This document shows positions 8,821-20,333 of a DNA stretch of 64,000 nt, piece by piece. The translations under genes and the position numbers were made by a program. This DNA comes from an uncultured Pseudobdellovibrionaceae bacterium (lineage in GTDB: Bacteria > Bdellovibrionota > Bdellovibrionia > Bdellovibrionales > UBA1609), in contig CAWDNU010000004.1 of the NCBI GenBank assembly GCA_963803705.1, positions 256,001-320,000 of the forward strand, read 5' to 3'. Every line of letters begins with the position of its first letter. Position 1 is the stretch's first letter. The notes under the pieces were generated by a model. It saw only the letters and a program-made list of their open reading frames with translations, searched no databases and had not been told where the DNA came from.

Positions 8821-10920
8821 TCAATGGTCTAATAAAACTTTACGGCTTAGTTTAATACGTCCAGCTCGGTCCACATCTAGAACTTTTACATCTACCATAT
8901 CGCCCTCATTAAGAACATCGGTTACGTTTCTAACTCTTTCATGGGCGATTTCTGAAATATGAAGTAAACCACTAGTATTAGGTAAAACTTCTACTAGGGC
9001 GCCAAAATCCATAATTTTAACCACTTTACCATTGTAGACTTTGCCAACTTCAGCTTCGGCGCAAATGTCCATCACCATTTGGATGGCTTTCTTAGCCATT
9101 TCAGGGTCTGTGGATGCGATATTCACTTTACCACCATCTTCAATATTTAATTTAACGCCTGTAGCTTCAACTATTGCCTTAATTACTTTACCACCGGGCC
9201 CTATCACTTCACGGACTTTGTCTGGTTTAATCATTATGGTTTGAATTCGAGGCGCATAATCAGAGATTTCTCCACGAGGTACGCTCATTACTTTTTCCAT
9301 CTCACCTAAAATATGCACCCGACCATCTTTAGCCTGACTCAGTGCTGTTTTCATAACTTCAAAGCTTATAGAATCTGTTTTAATATCCATTTGTAAAGCC
9401 GTGATTCCATCTCTGGTCCCCGCCACTTTAAAATCCATGTCGCCAAGGTGATCTTCGTCACCTAAAATGTCAGAAAGCACAACTACATCATCACCTTCTT
9501 TAATTAACCCCATGGCTATCCCTGCAACATTGCCTGTCACTGGTACGCCAGCATCTAAAAGGGCAAGTATACCTGAACAAACTGTACCCATTGAACTAGA
9601 CCCATTGGATTCTAGCACCTCACCCACGATTCTAATTGTATACGGAAACTTTTCAAAATCTGGCAGAACTGCTCTTATTGCTCTTTCAGCTAAAAAACCG
9701 TGACCAATTTCTCTTCTGGATTGTCCGCCCATGCGGCCAGTTTCCCCTACAGAGTAAGGGGGGAAATTATAGTGAAGCATAAATGGATTTGAAGTTTTAC
9801 CATTTAAGGTTTCCATAGATAGGGCGTCGTCGCTTGTACCCAAGGTAACTGCGGCTAAAACTTGGGTTTCTCCGCGAGTGAAGAATCCAGAACCATGGGC
9901 TCTAGGTAGTAATCCTGTATCACACACAATAGGTCTGATTTCAGTGATGTCTCTTCCATCTATACGCTCTTTACCCTTTGTAACCATTAAGCGTGCGGTC
10001 TTAAATTTTAAGTCTTCAAAAACAATACCCACATCTTTTTCAATTTTTTTAGATTCATCTTTGTCTTTTGCAGATTTGGTAAATAAGGCTAAGGCCTCTT
10101 TTCTAGCTTGGCTTAATGATGAGTACCTTTCGGCTTTGGTTTTTATTTTCAGACCGGCTTCAACTTTAGATTTAAGAAACTCTGAGTACTTAGATCTTTC
10201 ATCGGCGCCTACTTCGTAAATCTTGTAAGCTCGCTTTTCAATGCCGCACTCTTGTCTCATCTCATCTTGAGCTTTAAAAATTGGCTCCATTGATTTGTGT
10301 GCAAACTGAAGAGCTTCTAAAGCTTGCTCTTCAGTGATAAATTTAGATTCGCCTTCGACCATTAAAAGACCGTTTTTTGTTCCGGCAATAATAAAATCAA
10401 CCTCTGACTCTTTTAAATATTCGGGTGAAGGGTTAATAGCCCACGTGCCACCTTTTAGCCCTATTTGTAAAGCAGCTGTTGGACCGTTGAATGGAATATC
10501 ACTTATGTGAAGTGCAGTTGAAGCGCCGATACTCGCTAAAATTTCCGGTGGAAACAAGCCATCAGCACTTAAAATTGTAGCCACAATCTGCGTGTCATAA
10601 TTGTAGCCGTCAGGGAAACAAGGTCTTATTGGACGATCTATTAAACGCGCTGACAAAGTTGATAATGTTGTAGGACGCCCCTCTCTTTTAAAGTAACCGC
10701 CTGGGATTTTACCAGTCGCATACATTTTTTCAGCGTATTCGACAGTCAGCGGAAAAAAATCCATGTCAGTTTCTCTACGAGAGGAAACAACAGTTACTAA
10801 CACTCGGTTGTCACCAACAGATACCAGAACTGCACCGTCGGCTTGTCGTGCAAGTCTTCCCGTTTCTAGTGTGATCTCATGATCACCAAACATCACTTTT
10901 TTCTGAACTATATTGAACAT
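8821..10920 (-). CDS. pnp: Polyribonucleotide nucleotidyltransferase
   Basis: FFPLTV, RPIRP, RREIGHG, SNGSSSM, GDMDFKVAG, KH and S1 domains. Confidence 0.98.
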   Translation of the reverse strand: MFNIVQKKVMFGDHEITLETGRLARQADGAVLVSVGDNRVLVTVVSSRRETDMDFFPLTVEYAEKMYATGKIPGGYFKREGRPTTLSTLSARLIDRPIRPCFPDGYNYDTQIVATILSADGLFPPEILASIGASTALHISDIPFNGPTAALQIGLKGGTWAINPSPEYLKESEVDFIIAGTKNGLLMVEGESKFITEEQALEALQFAHKSMEPIFKAQDEMRQECGIEKRAYKIYEVGADERSKYSEFLKSKVEAGLKIKTKAERYSSLSQARKEALALFTKSAKDKDESKKIEKDVGIVFEDLKFKTARLMVTKGKERIDGRDITEIRPIVCDTGLLPRAHGSGFFTRGETQVLAAVTLGTSDDALSMETLNGKTSNPFMLHYNFPPYSVGETGRMGGQSRREIGHGFLAERAIRAVLPDFEKFPYTIRIVGEVLESNGSSSMGTVCSGILALLDAGVPVTGNVAGIAMGLIKEGDDVVVLSDILGDEDHLGDMDFKVAGTRDGITALQMDIKTDSISFEVMKTALSQAKDGRVHILGEMEKVMSVPRGEISDYAPRIQTIMIKPDKVREVIGPGGKVIKAIVEATGVKLNIEDGGKVNIASTDPEMAKKAIQMVMDICAEAEVGKVYNGKVVKIMDFGALVEVLPNTSGLLHISEIAHERVRNVTDVLNEGDMVDVKVLDVDRAGRIKLSRKVLLDH

Positions 10921-11082
10921 TTTTTCTCCTGTAGAAATTCGGTATTAAATTTTTTTTACATTTTTTTTTATAAAATTGATTATTCAATGGGTTTTTATAA
11001 AATTGATTATTCAATAGGTAAGGTTAACTTTTCAGATTAATACAAGTTTGACTCTAACCAGATTTTATACTCGGTTAAGCAT

Positions 11083-11119
11083 AAAAAAACCTCTTTATTT
11101 TATTAAAGAGGTTTTTTTT
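11083..11119 (-). terminator. rpsO terminator
   Basis: AAAAAAACCTCTTTA...TAAAGAGGTTTTTTT hairpin with A/T tracts right after the rpsO stop. Confidence 0.8.
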
Positions 11120-11124
11120 AAAAC

Positions 11125-11394
11125 TTATTTTCTGATCTTAAGTTCGCTCACTAGATTTTTGTAAGCTTCATCGCTATTCTTTTTTAAGTAATCAAGCAGC
11201 TTTCTACGCTTGTTTACTTTTTGCATAAGACCTTTTCTTGAAGAGTAATCATGTTTATTTTCTTTCATGTGATCGGTGAGTCTTAGGATTTCTTGAGTAA
11301 GCATTGCCACTTGGACCTGAGGGCTACCGGTGTCTAAATCTGACGTCTTAAAATAATTTACGACCTGTTTTTTCTCTTCTAATGTTAATGCCAT
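11125..11394 (-). CDS. rpsO: 30S ribosomal protein S15
   Basis: DTGSPQVQVA, HDYSSRKGL; upstream of pnp. Confidence 0.98.
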   Translation of the reverse strand: MALTLEEKKQVVNYFKTSDLDTGSPQVQVAMLTQEILRLTDHMKENKHDYSSRKGLMQKVNKRRKLLDYLKKNSDEAYKNLVSELKIRK

Positions 11395-11442
11395 TTAATC
11401 TCCTTATGGGCCCCGATCTGTTTGTACTAGTACAAGAACTGT

Positions 11443-11479
11443 TACATCCCAACTTCGTAGTTTCGTCTTCGAGGACTAT
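11443..11479. repeat. Single diverged copy of the 37-bp repeat
   Basis: TACATCCCAACTTCGTAGTTTCGTCTTCGAGGACTAT aligns to the units at 18471..18581. Confidence 0.7.
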
Positions 11480-11883
11480 TGTTTCAGTTAACTCCGGTAT
11501 ATACGTCATGGACTATCGTACATAAGAGCCTTTAATTGTTCTAAGTAATATTTGGCAGAAAAACAAGCAAAATCAAGAGTTTAAATAAATTAAATGGCCT
11601 TTCTAGCGTAAAAGAAGCGCCGCCAAGGCCCACTTCAGCACATTACTTACATTAGCTGGAATTACTCCCACCCAAAATATTCGATACTTTTCGCTTCACC
11701 CTGGCATAAGCAGGTAGATGGTCAAAAAATTCAATTTTTTGCGATATTCTTTAAGTTTACTCAATGTCTAAATGTTTGACGTTTTTATTTTTTTTACCCA
11801 CGTGATTACAACAACTGGCAATTAGTTGTGTGACAACTTATGTTGAATTGATTCTTTTTACAACCAAACATAGGAAGCTTAAG

Positions 11884-12186
11884 ATGATTAAAAAAGTTCT
11901 GATTCTAATTGGATTAATTATATTTTTATCCACTAGTGCATTTGCAGACGAAACTTTTTCTATTCCCTGCCTGGATGAAATTACTAAAACGGCTGCAGAG
12001 TTCATCACTGCAAGTAATGATAATGTCAATTTACATATTAAATTAGTAATTGAAGATCAAGGTCTACAGGAGCTACCAGTTGGTCCTTTTATGAGCTGGT
12101 TAGTTTCTGATGAAGTTGATTCAGGCGTATATGAAACATTAACAATGGTCCTTCACTCCAATGGTGAATGTAAGCTTGAACGGTAG
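11884..12186 (+). CDS. Small secreted hypothetical protein
   Basis: Signal peptide MIKKVLILIG...SAFA. Confidence 0.65.
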   Translation: MIKKVLILIGLIIFLSTSAFADETFSIPCLDEITKTAAEFITASNDNVNLHIKLVIEDQGLQELPVGPFMSWLVSDEVDSGVYETLTMVLHSNGECKLER

Positions 12187-12366
12187 CCTTGAACTGTGAA
12201 ACAAATTGGGCAAAATAGAAAACCAAACCGTTTAAGAACAATTACCTCCAGTAATTTATTAATACACTTATTAGGATTCAGCAAAACAAGTGACAAGGCT
12301 TGCCTCAAGTTTAAATTATAAATAAGATTTTTAAAGTTAAGAAGACGCTTACTAAAATTAAAAAAA

Positions 12367-13509
12367 CTAATTTTGAAAGGCGCGAATGATCTTCGGGCGG
12401 CTGTTGGCTGTCAACTCTAATACAGCAACTAGCTTGCTTAAATCTGAATTAAAAATTCGAACCAATTGGCTTTTATCTTCATACTGACAGATTTTAACTA
12501 ATGGCCTTACCCTTAAATTTAAGTCATTTGGCACCTGGCCGTTTTGAAGAAGTTTGATTTCGCTTTCAAAGACTCTGTAGAAAGGCCCATGAATGCAGGT
12601 CTCAAGATCAATGATTTTTTTTGTTAAATGATCAAGCTTAAATTTTAGACTCTCTTCAAGCTTCGTTTTTACACTCTCAGAATGTAACATATGCAAAAAG
12701 CCGTTTTTGCCTTCAGTTTCAGGTGCTTCAAGTTTTGAATCTGCATCGAGCTTACTGATATTTGTACTGATATTTTTACTAAGATTAAAATTTTTGATAT
12801 CTCTTTGATGCTGTTCAATTTCTAAGAGCAGATTATAATCAACCGAATCTGTTAAAGCGAAGTCACCGGATTGATGACGAATTAATCCTGACATCATTGC
12901 CCCGCACCCCAAGTTTTGGCCAAAATGGTGGACCCATGACCTGATATAAGATCCTTTTTCGCACTCAAGATCTACACTAACTATTTGAGTTTTAAAGTCT
13001 GTTCCATGAATGTAGTAATCATTAAAGCGAGACCCTTTGTACTGAGCTTTGTAAAACTTCATCAAGCGAGTAGGCACCTGAATAGCTTTGCCTTGTCTAG
13101 CATAGTCGTATAGTTTTTTTCCTTTGATTTTAATGGCAGAATGCACTGGGACCTGAAAATTCAAGTCGCCTTTTAGGCTTTCGACAACAGACTTTATGTC
13201 ATCTTCACTGAAATCAAGTTTTTTTTGTTCAAAATCTTTCGCAGAAGTTAATAGTTCACCCTCTGCGTCCCATGAGTCAGTTTCTATCCCTAGCTGAATT
13301 TCGGCAGAGTACTTTTTATCCTGACCCATTATGTAGTTAGAAAACTTTGTCGCTTCACCTAAAAGTAAAATTAGCAAACCCTGGGCCATCGGATCTAAGG
13401 TACCCGCATGGCCTACAGCTTTTGTCGAAAGAACCCGCCTTAACTTGGCGACCACATCGTGGCTTGTGATTCCCTTGGGCTTATTAACTAAAAGTATTCC
13501 GTTCATCAC
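12367..13509 (-). CDS. truB: tRNA pseudouridine(55) synthase
   Basis: KPKGITSHDVV, GHAGTLDPMA, KGSYIRS. Confidence 0.96.
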   Translation of the reverse strand: MMNGILLVNKPKGITSHDVVAKLRRVLSTKAVGHAGTLDPMAQGLLILLLGEATKFSNYIMGQDKKYSAEIQLGIETDSWDAEGELLTSAKDFEQKKLDFSEDDIKSVVESLKGDLNFQVPVHSAIKIKGKKLYDYARQGKAIQVPTRLMKFYKAQYKGSRFNDYYIHGTDFKTQIVSVDLECEKGSYIRSWVHHFGQNLGCGAMMSGLIRHQSGDFALTDSVDYNLLLEIEQHQRDIKNFNLSKNISTNISKLDADSKLEAPETEGKNGFLHMLHSESVKTKLEESLKFKLDHLTKKIIDLETCIHGPFYRVFESEIKLLQNGQVPNDLNLRVRPLVKICQYEDKSQLVRIFNSDLSKLVAVLELTANSRPKIIRAFQN

Positions 13510-13580
13510 TTTGGACCTGTCATAAATTTTTCTAAAAATCTAGATTTGAAAACGTATTGAAGTTCGTATCGCAGTTCATC

Positions 13581-13943
13581 TCAAACTTTCTGCTTTTTGG
13601 ACTCTGCAAGTATTTTTCCAATGCGGTCAATCTCGTCCACGGACTTATCTTTGTGCCACGACAACTTGGGCAGAAATTTCATACGAATTTTCTTTGAAAT
13701 AAGCTTTTGTACATCTGCGCGAATAGCATTTAGTTCTTCTAAGACTTCTACGAATCTGTCGTCAGGAAAGACGCTGATAAAAACTTTAGCCGACCTTAAA
13801 TCAGCGGCAACGTCCACTTCGACAACAGTCACAAGAGTGCCCTGTTCAATAAAAAGAATCTCTGAGACAGCCTGTCCGATACACTGATGAAGTTCTTTTT
13901 CCACTTTTTGTATACGAAGAGGCTTTTTAGAAATTGTGTTCAC
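13581..13943 (-). CDS. rbfA: Ribosome-binding factor A
   Basis: VTVVEVDVAADLRSAKVFIS, PKLSW; between infB and truB. Confidence 0.93.
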   Translation of the reverse strand: MNTISKKPLRIQKVEKELHQCIGQAVSEILFIEQGTLVTVVEVDVAADLRSAKVFISVFPDDRFVEVLEELNAIRADVQKLISKKIRMKFLPKLSWHKDKSVDEIDRIGKILAESKKQKV

Positions 13944-13945
13944 GT

Positions 13946-16795
13946 CTATAGCGATCTTGCAATTTCTTCGATAACAAACGCTTCAACTACGTCCCCGGTT
14001 TTCAAGTCGTTGTAGTTCTCGATTCCTATACCGCATTCAAAACCCGAGGCTACTTCTTTAGCGTCATCTTTAAAGCGCTTAAGACTAGAAAGCTTACCAG
14101 TGTAAATAACTTTTCCATTACGGACCAACCGAACGTTGTTGTTTCTTTGAATTTTACCTTCAGTGATTATACTTCCAGCAATAGCTCCTATTTTAGGGAT
14201 CGTAAACACTTCGCGGACTTCAGCGCGACCTTGTTCTTTTTCGACCACTTCGGGTGTAAGTAATCCAGACATTGCTTTTCTAACATCGTCTACAATTTCA
14301 TAAATTATTTCGTAGCATTTAATTTCAACTTTTCGTTCTTTTGATAAGGACTTAGCAGAAGCATCCGGTCTTACATTAAATCCAATGACAATGCCTTGGG
14401 CAGCGTTGGCTAAAAGTACATCGGATTCGCTAATTCCGCCGACTGCAGCATGAACAAACTTAACGCTGACTTCATCGCTTTCAATCTTTGCGATCAAACC
14501 CTTAATAGCTTCGATGCTACCGGCAACGTCAGTTTTCAAGATAACGGGAAGCTCTTTAAATTCTGTGTTTTTTGCTTTAGCAAATATACGATCCAAAGAC
14601 ATCTTGTCTTCAGAATCAAGTAATGCAAGTTTAGAATTTTCTTCACGCTTTCTTAAAGCTGCAAGTTCCTCTGCCGCAGAGTCATCTTTACATATGTCAA
14701 ACCTGTCACCAGCCTGAGGGGTCGAAGGTAAACCCATGATCTCTACTGGTTCACCAGGACCAGCACTTTTAACCTGTTTACCCTGATCATTAGTCATCAT
14801 ACGTATACGACCAGTCACAACACCTGCACAGACTGAATCACCAACCCTAACTGAACCGTCTTTTACTAAGATAGAGGCTACAGTTCCGCGACCTTTTTCA
14901 ACTTTACTTTCAATGACGATACCGGTGCCAGAGCGCTCAGGATTGGCTTTTAGCTCTTGCATTTCTGCAACTAAGTAGATGCTTTCTAACAAATCGTCTA
15001 TTCCATCACCATTTAAAGCTGATACAGGAGCGAAAATAGTCGTTCCACCCCAGTCTTCTGGAACCAGCTGTAAGATCCGCCAACTGCTGTTTGATTCTTG
15101 TCTTGATTTGCACCTTGCTTATCAATTTTATTTACTGCCACGATAATCGGGACACCTGCTGCTTGAGCGTGACTAATTGCTTCTTGAGTTTGAGGCATCA
15201 TTCCATCATCAGCAGCTACAACAATAATCGCTATATCAGTTACATTAGCGCCACGCGCTCTCATGGCGGTAAACGCTTCATGGCCTGGTGTATCAATAAA
15301 TGTGATGACTCGGTCACCCTCTAAGGTCACTCGGTAGGCACCTATATGCTGAGTGATCCCCCCTGCTTCACCAGAAGCTACTTTAGCTTTTCTAATCGAA
15401 TCAATAATGTGGTTTTTCCGTGATCCACATGGCCCATCACTGTAACGACAGGAGCTCTATGAACTTTTTCGGCTTCCAGATTACCGAAAGCCATTTGATC
15501 TTCCAAATCGTCAGATGATAAATGAATATTTTCAGCCTCGAACTGAAATTCTGGAGCAACAAATGAAATAGTGTCAAAATCTAACTCGTCGGATGGCTTT
15601 GACCATAATTCCTTGCTTTATTAATGATTTGGTTAATGCTGGCATTTTTAGACCTAGCGCCTGGGCCAAATCTTGAACACTCATAGAGTTGTTAACTTTT
15701 ATAATTCTTTTATGGGCGGCTGCCACTAGTGATCTCCGTTTTTTTGCCTGCGTGAGTCGGGATTTTTTTCTTCTTAGGTTGGAAAGACAGCTTCTCTTTT
15801 TCTAAAATCTGCTGATTTAAAAACACCAGGGTTTTCAACTTTAACACCAGCAGCGTCTTCAGTACCACCACCAGCAGGCTTTCTCTTTTTAAACTCTTCT
15901 CGTTTATTCTTGGAATCATCCACTGGCATCATAGGCGCAGGAGCTATAAAGCCTGTTCTTATATTACGGCCTCTAGCAGGTGAAGATGGACGCAGCAGAG
16001 CTTGCGCCACTAGCTGAACGTGGAGTTCTAGTGGATGAGTAGCAGATGGCTGGACGTCTGACTCGGCTCAAATCCATACGACCAATAATATTATTTCTAG
16101 TGATTACAGTCTTTTTATGTAGATTTTTAGTACTCTTTTGAATCATCAGAGGTTGCAGTAACGGTTTTGGCTTCAATATTTGGATCTGCTTTGAAACACC
16201 ACTAGTTTTCTTCAGGCTTTGCAGCTTCTTTTTTATAAGTTAGATGCCGTTGACTCGAAACCTATTTTCTGAGCCGTTAAGTCTTCAGCCGTCAAACCTT
16301 TTTGAACATCTTGAGCATCGTCACTAGTTCTGCGAATCACCATTCTTCTAGTAGTAGCAGTCTTCTTGATTTGTTTGTTTTGAAGATGCACCGGTTGCTG
16401 CTCCGCTGGCCGATTTAGAAGTAGATTTTACTGCCACTTTTTCTGGACTGGAAACCACTGATTTTCGAGATGTTGTTTTTTTCGAAGTAGTCTTTTTTGT
16501 GGCGGCTTTCTTGGCTGCTGTTTTTTTCTTAGTGACTTTTTTAGTCGTAGCTTTAGTTTCTGAATCTGTTTTCTTTGTAGTCTTTTTAGCTACAGCTTTC
16601 TTTTTAGTACGTCTTTTTCTTTTTGGTCTTTTTCTTTGAAGACTTCGAAGCTTCTAAGCGCTCTTTGATATCTGACTTCTGTTCGTCTGAAAGAACGGCC
16701 ATATGACTTTTAACAGGTAAGCCCCACTCTTTAATTTTATCCATTAAGAGTATGGTTTCTAATCCTATTTCTTTTGCAAATTCAAAAACTTTCAT
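13946..16795 (-). CDS. infB: Translation initiation factor IF-2, split by several frameshifts
   Basis: N-terminal [11 protein letters not shown] (16604..16795), G-domain DTPGHEAF and NKID (15013..15330), C-terminal [12 protein letters not shown] (13946..14992). Confidence 0.96.
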
Positions 16796-16897
16796 AAAAT
16801 TTTGTGTATCCTATTTTTAATTGTCCATGGACCTTAGCCCTACTTCGGCAGCCAGTCACTTAACATAGTGACCATTTACATCAAATCCCTTTAAATC

Positions 16898-18458
16898 CTA
16901 AGTTTCGGACTTTACTTCAGCCTCTTCATTTTGTGAGTCTTCTACTTTTTTAGCCATCACTGGTTCTAAGTTTTCAGGCTGTGACTCTTTATCATCTTGT
17001 TTTTCTGCTGTATCTGTAATTGCCGTAGTGGTTGCTGCTGAAGAATCTTCTGCGACTTGATTACTGGCTGAAGCTTCGTTGTCAGATTTGGAAAGCTGTG
17101 CCATCTCTTCTTTCAGTCTCTCTTCGGCAGCCATCTTAGCATTTCCTTTTGGCTTATTGTCTTTTTCGACAACAGGAGCTTCTGGCATCTCTTTGCCTTC
17201 TTTCTCGTAGGACTCAATTAAAGTAATTGCCGCAATTCTAAGCTCGTCAGACTTTTCTGGGTCATCGTATCCAGGAATGGTCATTAGCATCTCAACTTCA
17301 GACTCTGCAATAGTTTTTACCGATCCAAATCCTGATTGAACAATATTTTGAGCCATTGTTTCATTCATATTTGGAATCAACATGATATTAAATACAGATT
17401 GAGCTGTTCGGGTTGCAGAGTCAGACTCACCCATAATGTCTAAGCGCCATCCAGTTAACTTTGCAGCTAACCTCACGTTTTGACCTTTTTTACCGATGGC
17501 TAAACTTAATTGATCATCTGGAACTACAACTTCCATTTCTCTGGCATCTTCATCCATAAACACTTTAGAGATTTCGGCTGGTTGTAAGGCATTACATACA
17601 AAAGTCACGGTATCGTCATCCCAAGGAACGATGTCGATTTTTTCACCACGCAGTTCCTGTATCACGTTCTGAACTCGACTGCCTTTTACACCTACGCACG
17701 CCCCTACTGGGTCAACTGCAGGATCGTTCGATCTTACGGCCATTTTAGCACGCTGACCAGGTTCACGGGCAGCTGCCATCAATTCGATAATTCCGTCTTC
17801 GACCTCAGGCACTTCATTTTGAAACAGTTTCATCATATACCTGACCATCAGCTCTGGACATGATGATTTGAGGGCCACTAGTAGATTGACTCACTTCTTT
17901 AATATAACCCTGAACTCTGTCACCTGGCCGATAGCTTTCACCAGGGATCTGTTCACGTTGAGGGATATAAGCTTCAGTTCGACCCAAATCCACTACGATC
18001 GCGCCACGCTCTACTCGTCTTGCAATGCCAGAAGCTATCTCGCCCTTACGCTGTTCAAACTCTTCAAAAATAATTTCACGCTCAGCTTCTCGAACTTGCT
18101 GTGTAATAATTTGTCGTGCCAGTTGAGTGGCAATTCGACCCAAATCAGTGGCCTCCATCCTAATCCCAATAGAGTCAGCGAGTTGAACATTTGGATCTAA
18201 TTCAACGGCCTGAGACATCATTATTTCAACTTCGTCATCAATAAATTTTTCGTCTTCAACAACTTCTTTAAATTCAAAAAGTTCCACTTCACCAGTGTCT
18301 TCATTATATTGAGCTTCGATCTCTCTGTAGGTTCCGTACTTTTTTATTGCGGCAGCCAACATCCCTTGGGTTACTGCATTAATGACGACATTTTTATCGA
18401 TGCCCTTTTCTTTACCCAAAGCTTCGATCATTCGGCTCATATCAGAAAACCCAGACAT
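16898..18458 (-). CDS. nusA: Transcription termination/antitermination factor NusA, one frameshift near 17.85 kb
   Basis: N-terminal and S1 domains in 17814..18458; KH motifs AREPGQRAK, DPVGACVG, AIGKKGQNVRLA in 16898..17878. Confidence 0.96.
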
Positions 18459-18470
18459 ATTAACTCCTTC

Positions 18471-18615
18471 TACGCCCCGGCTTCATAGTTTCAGCTTCGA
18501 GGACTGTTACGCCCCGGCTTCATAGTTTCAGCTTCGAGGACTGTTATGCCCCAGATTCGTAGTTTCAGCATCGAGGGCTATTACGCCACGGCTTCACAAT
18601 TACGCCCTAGGGACT
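18471..18615. repeat. Tandem 37-bp REP-like repeat (3 full units plus decayed ones)
   Basis: TACGCCCCGGCTTCATAGTTTCAGCTTCGAGGACTGT at 18471 and 18508, diverged at 18545, partial at 18582. Confidence 0.9.
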
Positions 18616-18673
18616 TTATAGTAATAACTTTTTTAAACTAGCTTCAATTTTAAACCATATATACAACTGTTAA

Positions 18674-19174
18674 TTAATGCTTCTTCTGCCTACCATACTC
18701 AAAAACAACGTGAGCCTTATGGATTACATCAAAGGGAACCTTTAAATTTTTCAACTTCGAGTTTTCAACATCTTTAAAAAAAATATCGTGGCCCTCAATC
18801 TTATCCACTACTGCATTGAAGGCTCTTAAATTGCCAAAGCTTTCGTTCTCTTCACCTTTTTTGATGACGACTTTGACTGGTTTATCCAGCGCTGCTTCAA
18901 AATGCCAAACTTTATTAAGAACCCTTTCTAAGCCTGGGCTTGAAACTTCTAAATCGTAAGTGGAGTCACCAGGAACAATGTTTTCAACGTCTAATAGCAG
19001 ATTTAGAGCCCTAGATATACTAGCGCAATCGTCAATGCTAACGCCGTCCTTTTTGTCGATTGTCACAATGAGTTTTCTTTGTTTCTCGACAAAATCAACA
19101 TCATACAAAATGAAGCCTTCTTTTTCGACCACACTCAGTGCCAATTTTTCTAAAGTTTCAGCTAGGTCACTCAC
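18674..19174 (-). CDS. rimP: Ribosome maturation factor RimP
   Basis: GVSIDDCASISR, YDLEVSSPGLER. Confidence 0.95.
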   Translation of the reverse strand: MSDLAETLEKLALSVVEKEGFILYDVDFVEKQRKLIVTIDKKDGVSIDDCASISRALNLLLDVENIVPGDSTYDLEVSSPGLERVLNKVWHFEAALDKPVKVVIKKGEENESFGNLRAFNAVVDKIEGHDIFFKDVENSKLKNLKVPFDVIHKAHVVFEYGRQKKH

Positions 19175-19237
19175 TTTTCCACTGCCCTCAAAATAACCAA
19201 ATATCTATATTAAAAATTACCGCTAAAAATATCACTT

Positions 19238-19271
19238 AAAAAAAAAGAGGGTCTTTGCGGGACCCTCTTTC
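19238..19271 (-). promoter_or_regulatory. rimP leader terminator/attenuator hairpin
   Basis: AAAGAGGGTC-CCGCAAA-GACCCTCTTT plus U-tract on the minus strand, about 65 nt upstream of rimP. Confidence 0.65.
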
Positions 19272-19476
19272 ACAAAACTTTGCTTAAGAACGGTGAAACT
19301 AGCAAAATTCGTGGTCTCTGGCAAGCGAAATGAGTTTTCTTATCTTTGAAGTGCATCCAATAATTTTATATTGGGGTGAATTTTTTGACGCTTCGAACTG
19401 GGGGTAGCATTTTGCGATAAAAATCAGGTTTAATCTAAGTAGATAATTTAGGTCCTAACACGGAGGTTATTGGTCC

Positions 19477-19911
19477 ATGAGCAATCGCTTAATTCAATCT
19501 ACAGTCAAATTTTCTATAAAAGGTTATTTCTTTATAATCTTTTCATTTCTTCTATCCATAACCCCAGCCCTGGCTCAGCACAATGATTGCTCTCAGAAAC
19601 TAGATCAAGCTACGCCGCCTGAACTAAAAAAGCTTATTGAAGATCTGAATCCATTTTGGGGAACATGGCGCGGGACTTACAAGGGAGATCCTGTGGTTGG
19701 TGAGTTCACTTTGGATCAAAACAACAATGTTCGCCTAAAAGGTAACTTAGGGTCTAAAAGTATTACAAATAGGACAGTAAAGTTCTGCCTTAGAAGGGGC
19801 CGCTTTACCCTATCAACGTCTTTTATTTCTGCTAACGTAGAAATTGTGAACTCGCGGACTCTAAGATTTAGTGGGCTGCTTATCCAGGGTACAATCACTT
19901 TAAGAAGATAG
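19477..19911 (+). CDS. Secreted hypothetical protein
   Basis: SD GGAGG, signal peptide ending ALA; GG-N10-GC motif at 19402..19415. Confidence 0.6.
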   Translation: MSNRLIQSTVKFSIKGYFFIIFSFLLSITPALAQHNDCSQKLDQATPPELKKLIEDLNPFWGTWRGTYKGDPVVGEFTLDQNNNVRLKGNLGSKSITNRTVKFCLRRGRFTLSTSFISANVEIVNSRTLRFSGLLIQGTITLRR

Positions 19912-20305
19912 ACGACCTTAATTTTTCCAAGGTTTGCTTCTTTCCTAGAGCTAAGCTCATAACCACTGCGTCAGATCCTTCTTTGTAATATCTGGGCCTG
20001 ATATGGACACTCTGAAATCCCACTTTCTTGTATAGACTTAAAGCGTTTAGATTTTGGTTAGAAACTTCTAACCATATCTCAGATGCTTTATCCTTATCTC
20101 CTTTTACGCAAAACCCGATGAATCTTTTAAGAAGTTCTACGCCGTAGCCATTTTGCCTTAGGTTTGATTTAACTTCCAAATAATCAATTTCATATCCTGC
20201 CTCGATGACGCGATACCAGATGCTTCCAACTATTTGATTTTCTTTTCTTAACTTAAAAATTAGCTCTAAGGGATGGTCCTGTAACCAGTTTGGTCTTTCT
20301 GCCAT
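19895..20305 (-). CDS. rimI: GNAT acetyltransferase, RimI-like
   Basis: RQNGYG, WLEVSNQNLNALSLYKKVGF, RPRYY. Confidence 0.75.
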   Translation of the reverse strand: MAERPNWLQDHPLELIFKLRKENQIVGSIWYRVIEAGYEIDYLEVKSNLRQNGYGVELLKRFIGFCVKGDKDKASEIWLEVSNQNLNALSLYKKVGFQSVHIRPRYYKEGSDAVVMSLALGKKQTLEKLRSSIFLK

Positions 20306-20333
20306 ACAAGATTTAGGTTCCTACAATTTACAG

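Noticed and set aside
16400..16650. Histone H1-like K/A/T-rich stretch
   Set aside because: It is the variable low-complexity N-terminal region of IF-2
29..18458. Apparent pseudogenisation or programmed frameshifting of mutL, infB and nusA (also mrdA at 50.2 kb)
   Set aside because: These are essential or core genes with intact motifs, and many breaks are near homopolymer runs; sequencing or assembly indels are the simplest explanation
18471..18615. Possible CRISPR array
   Set aside because: Units are head-to-tail without unique spacers and no cas genes are present
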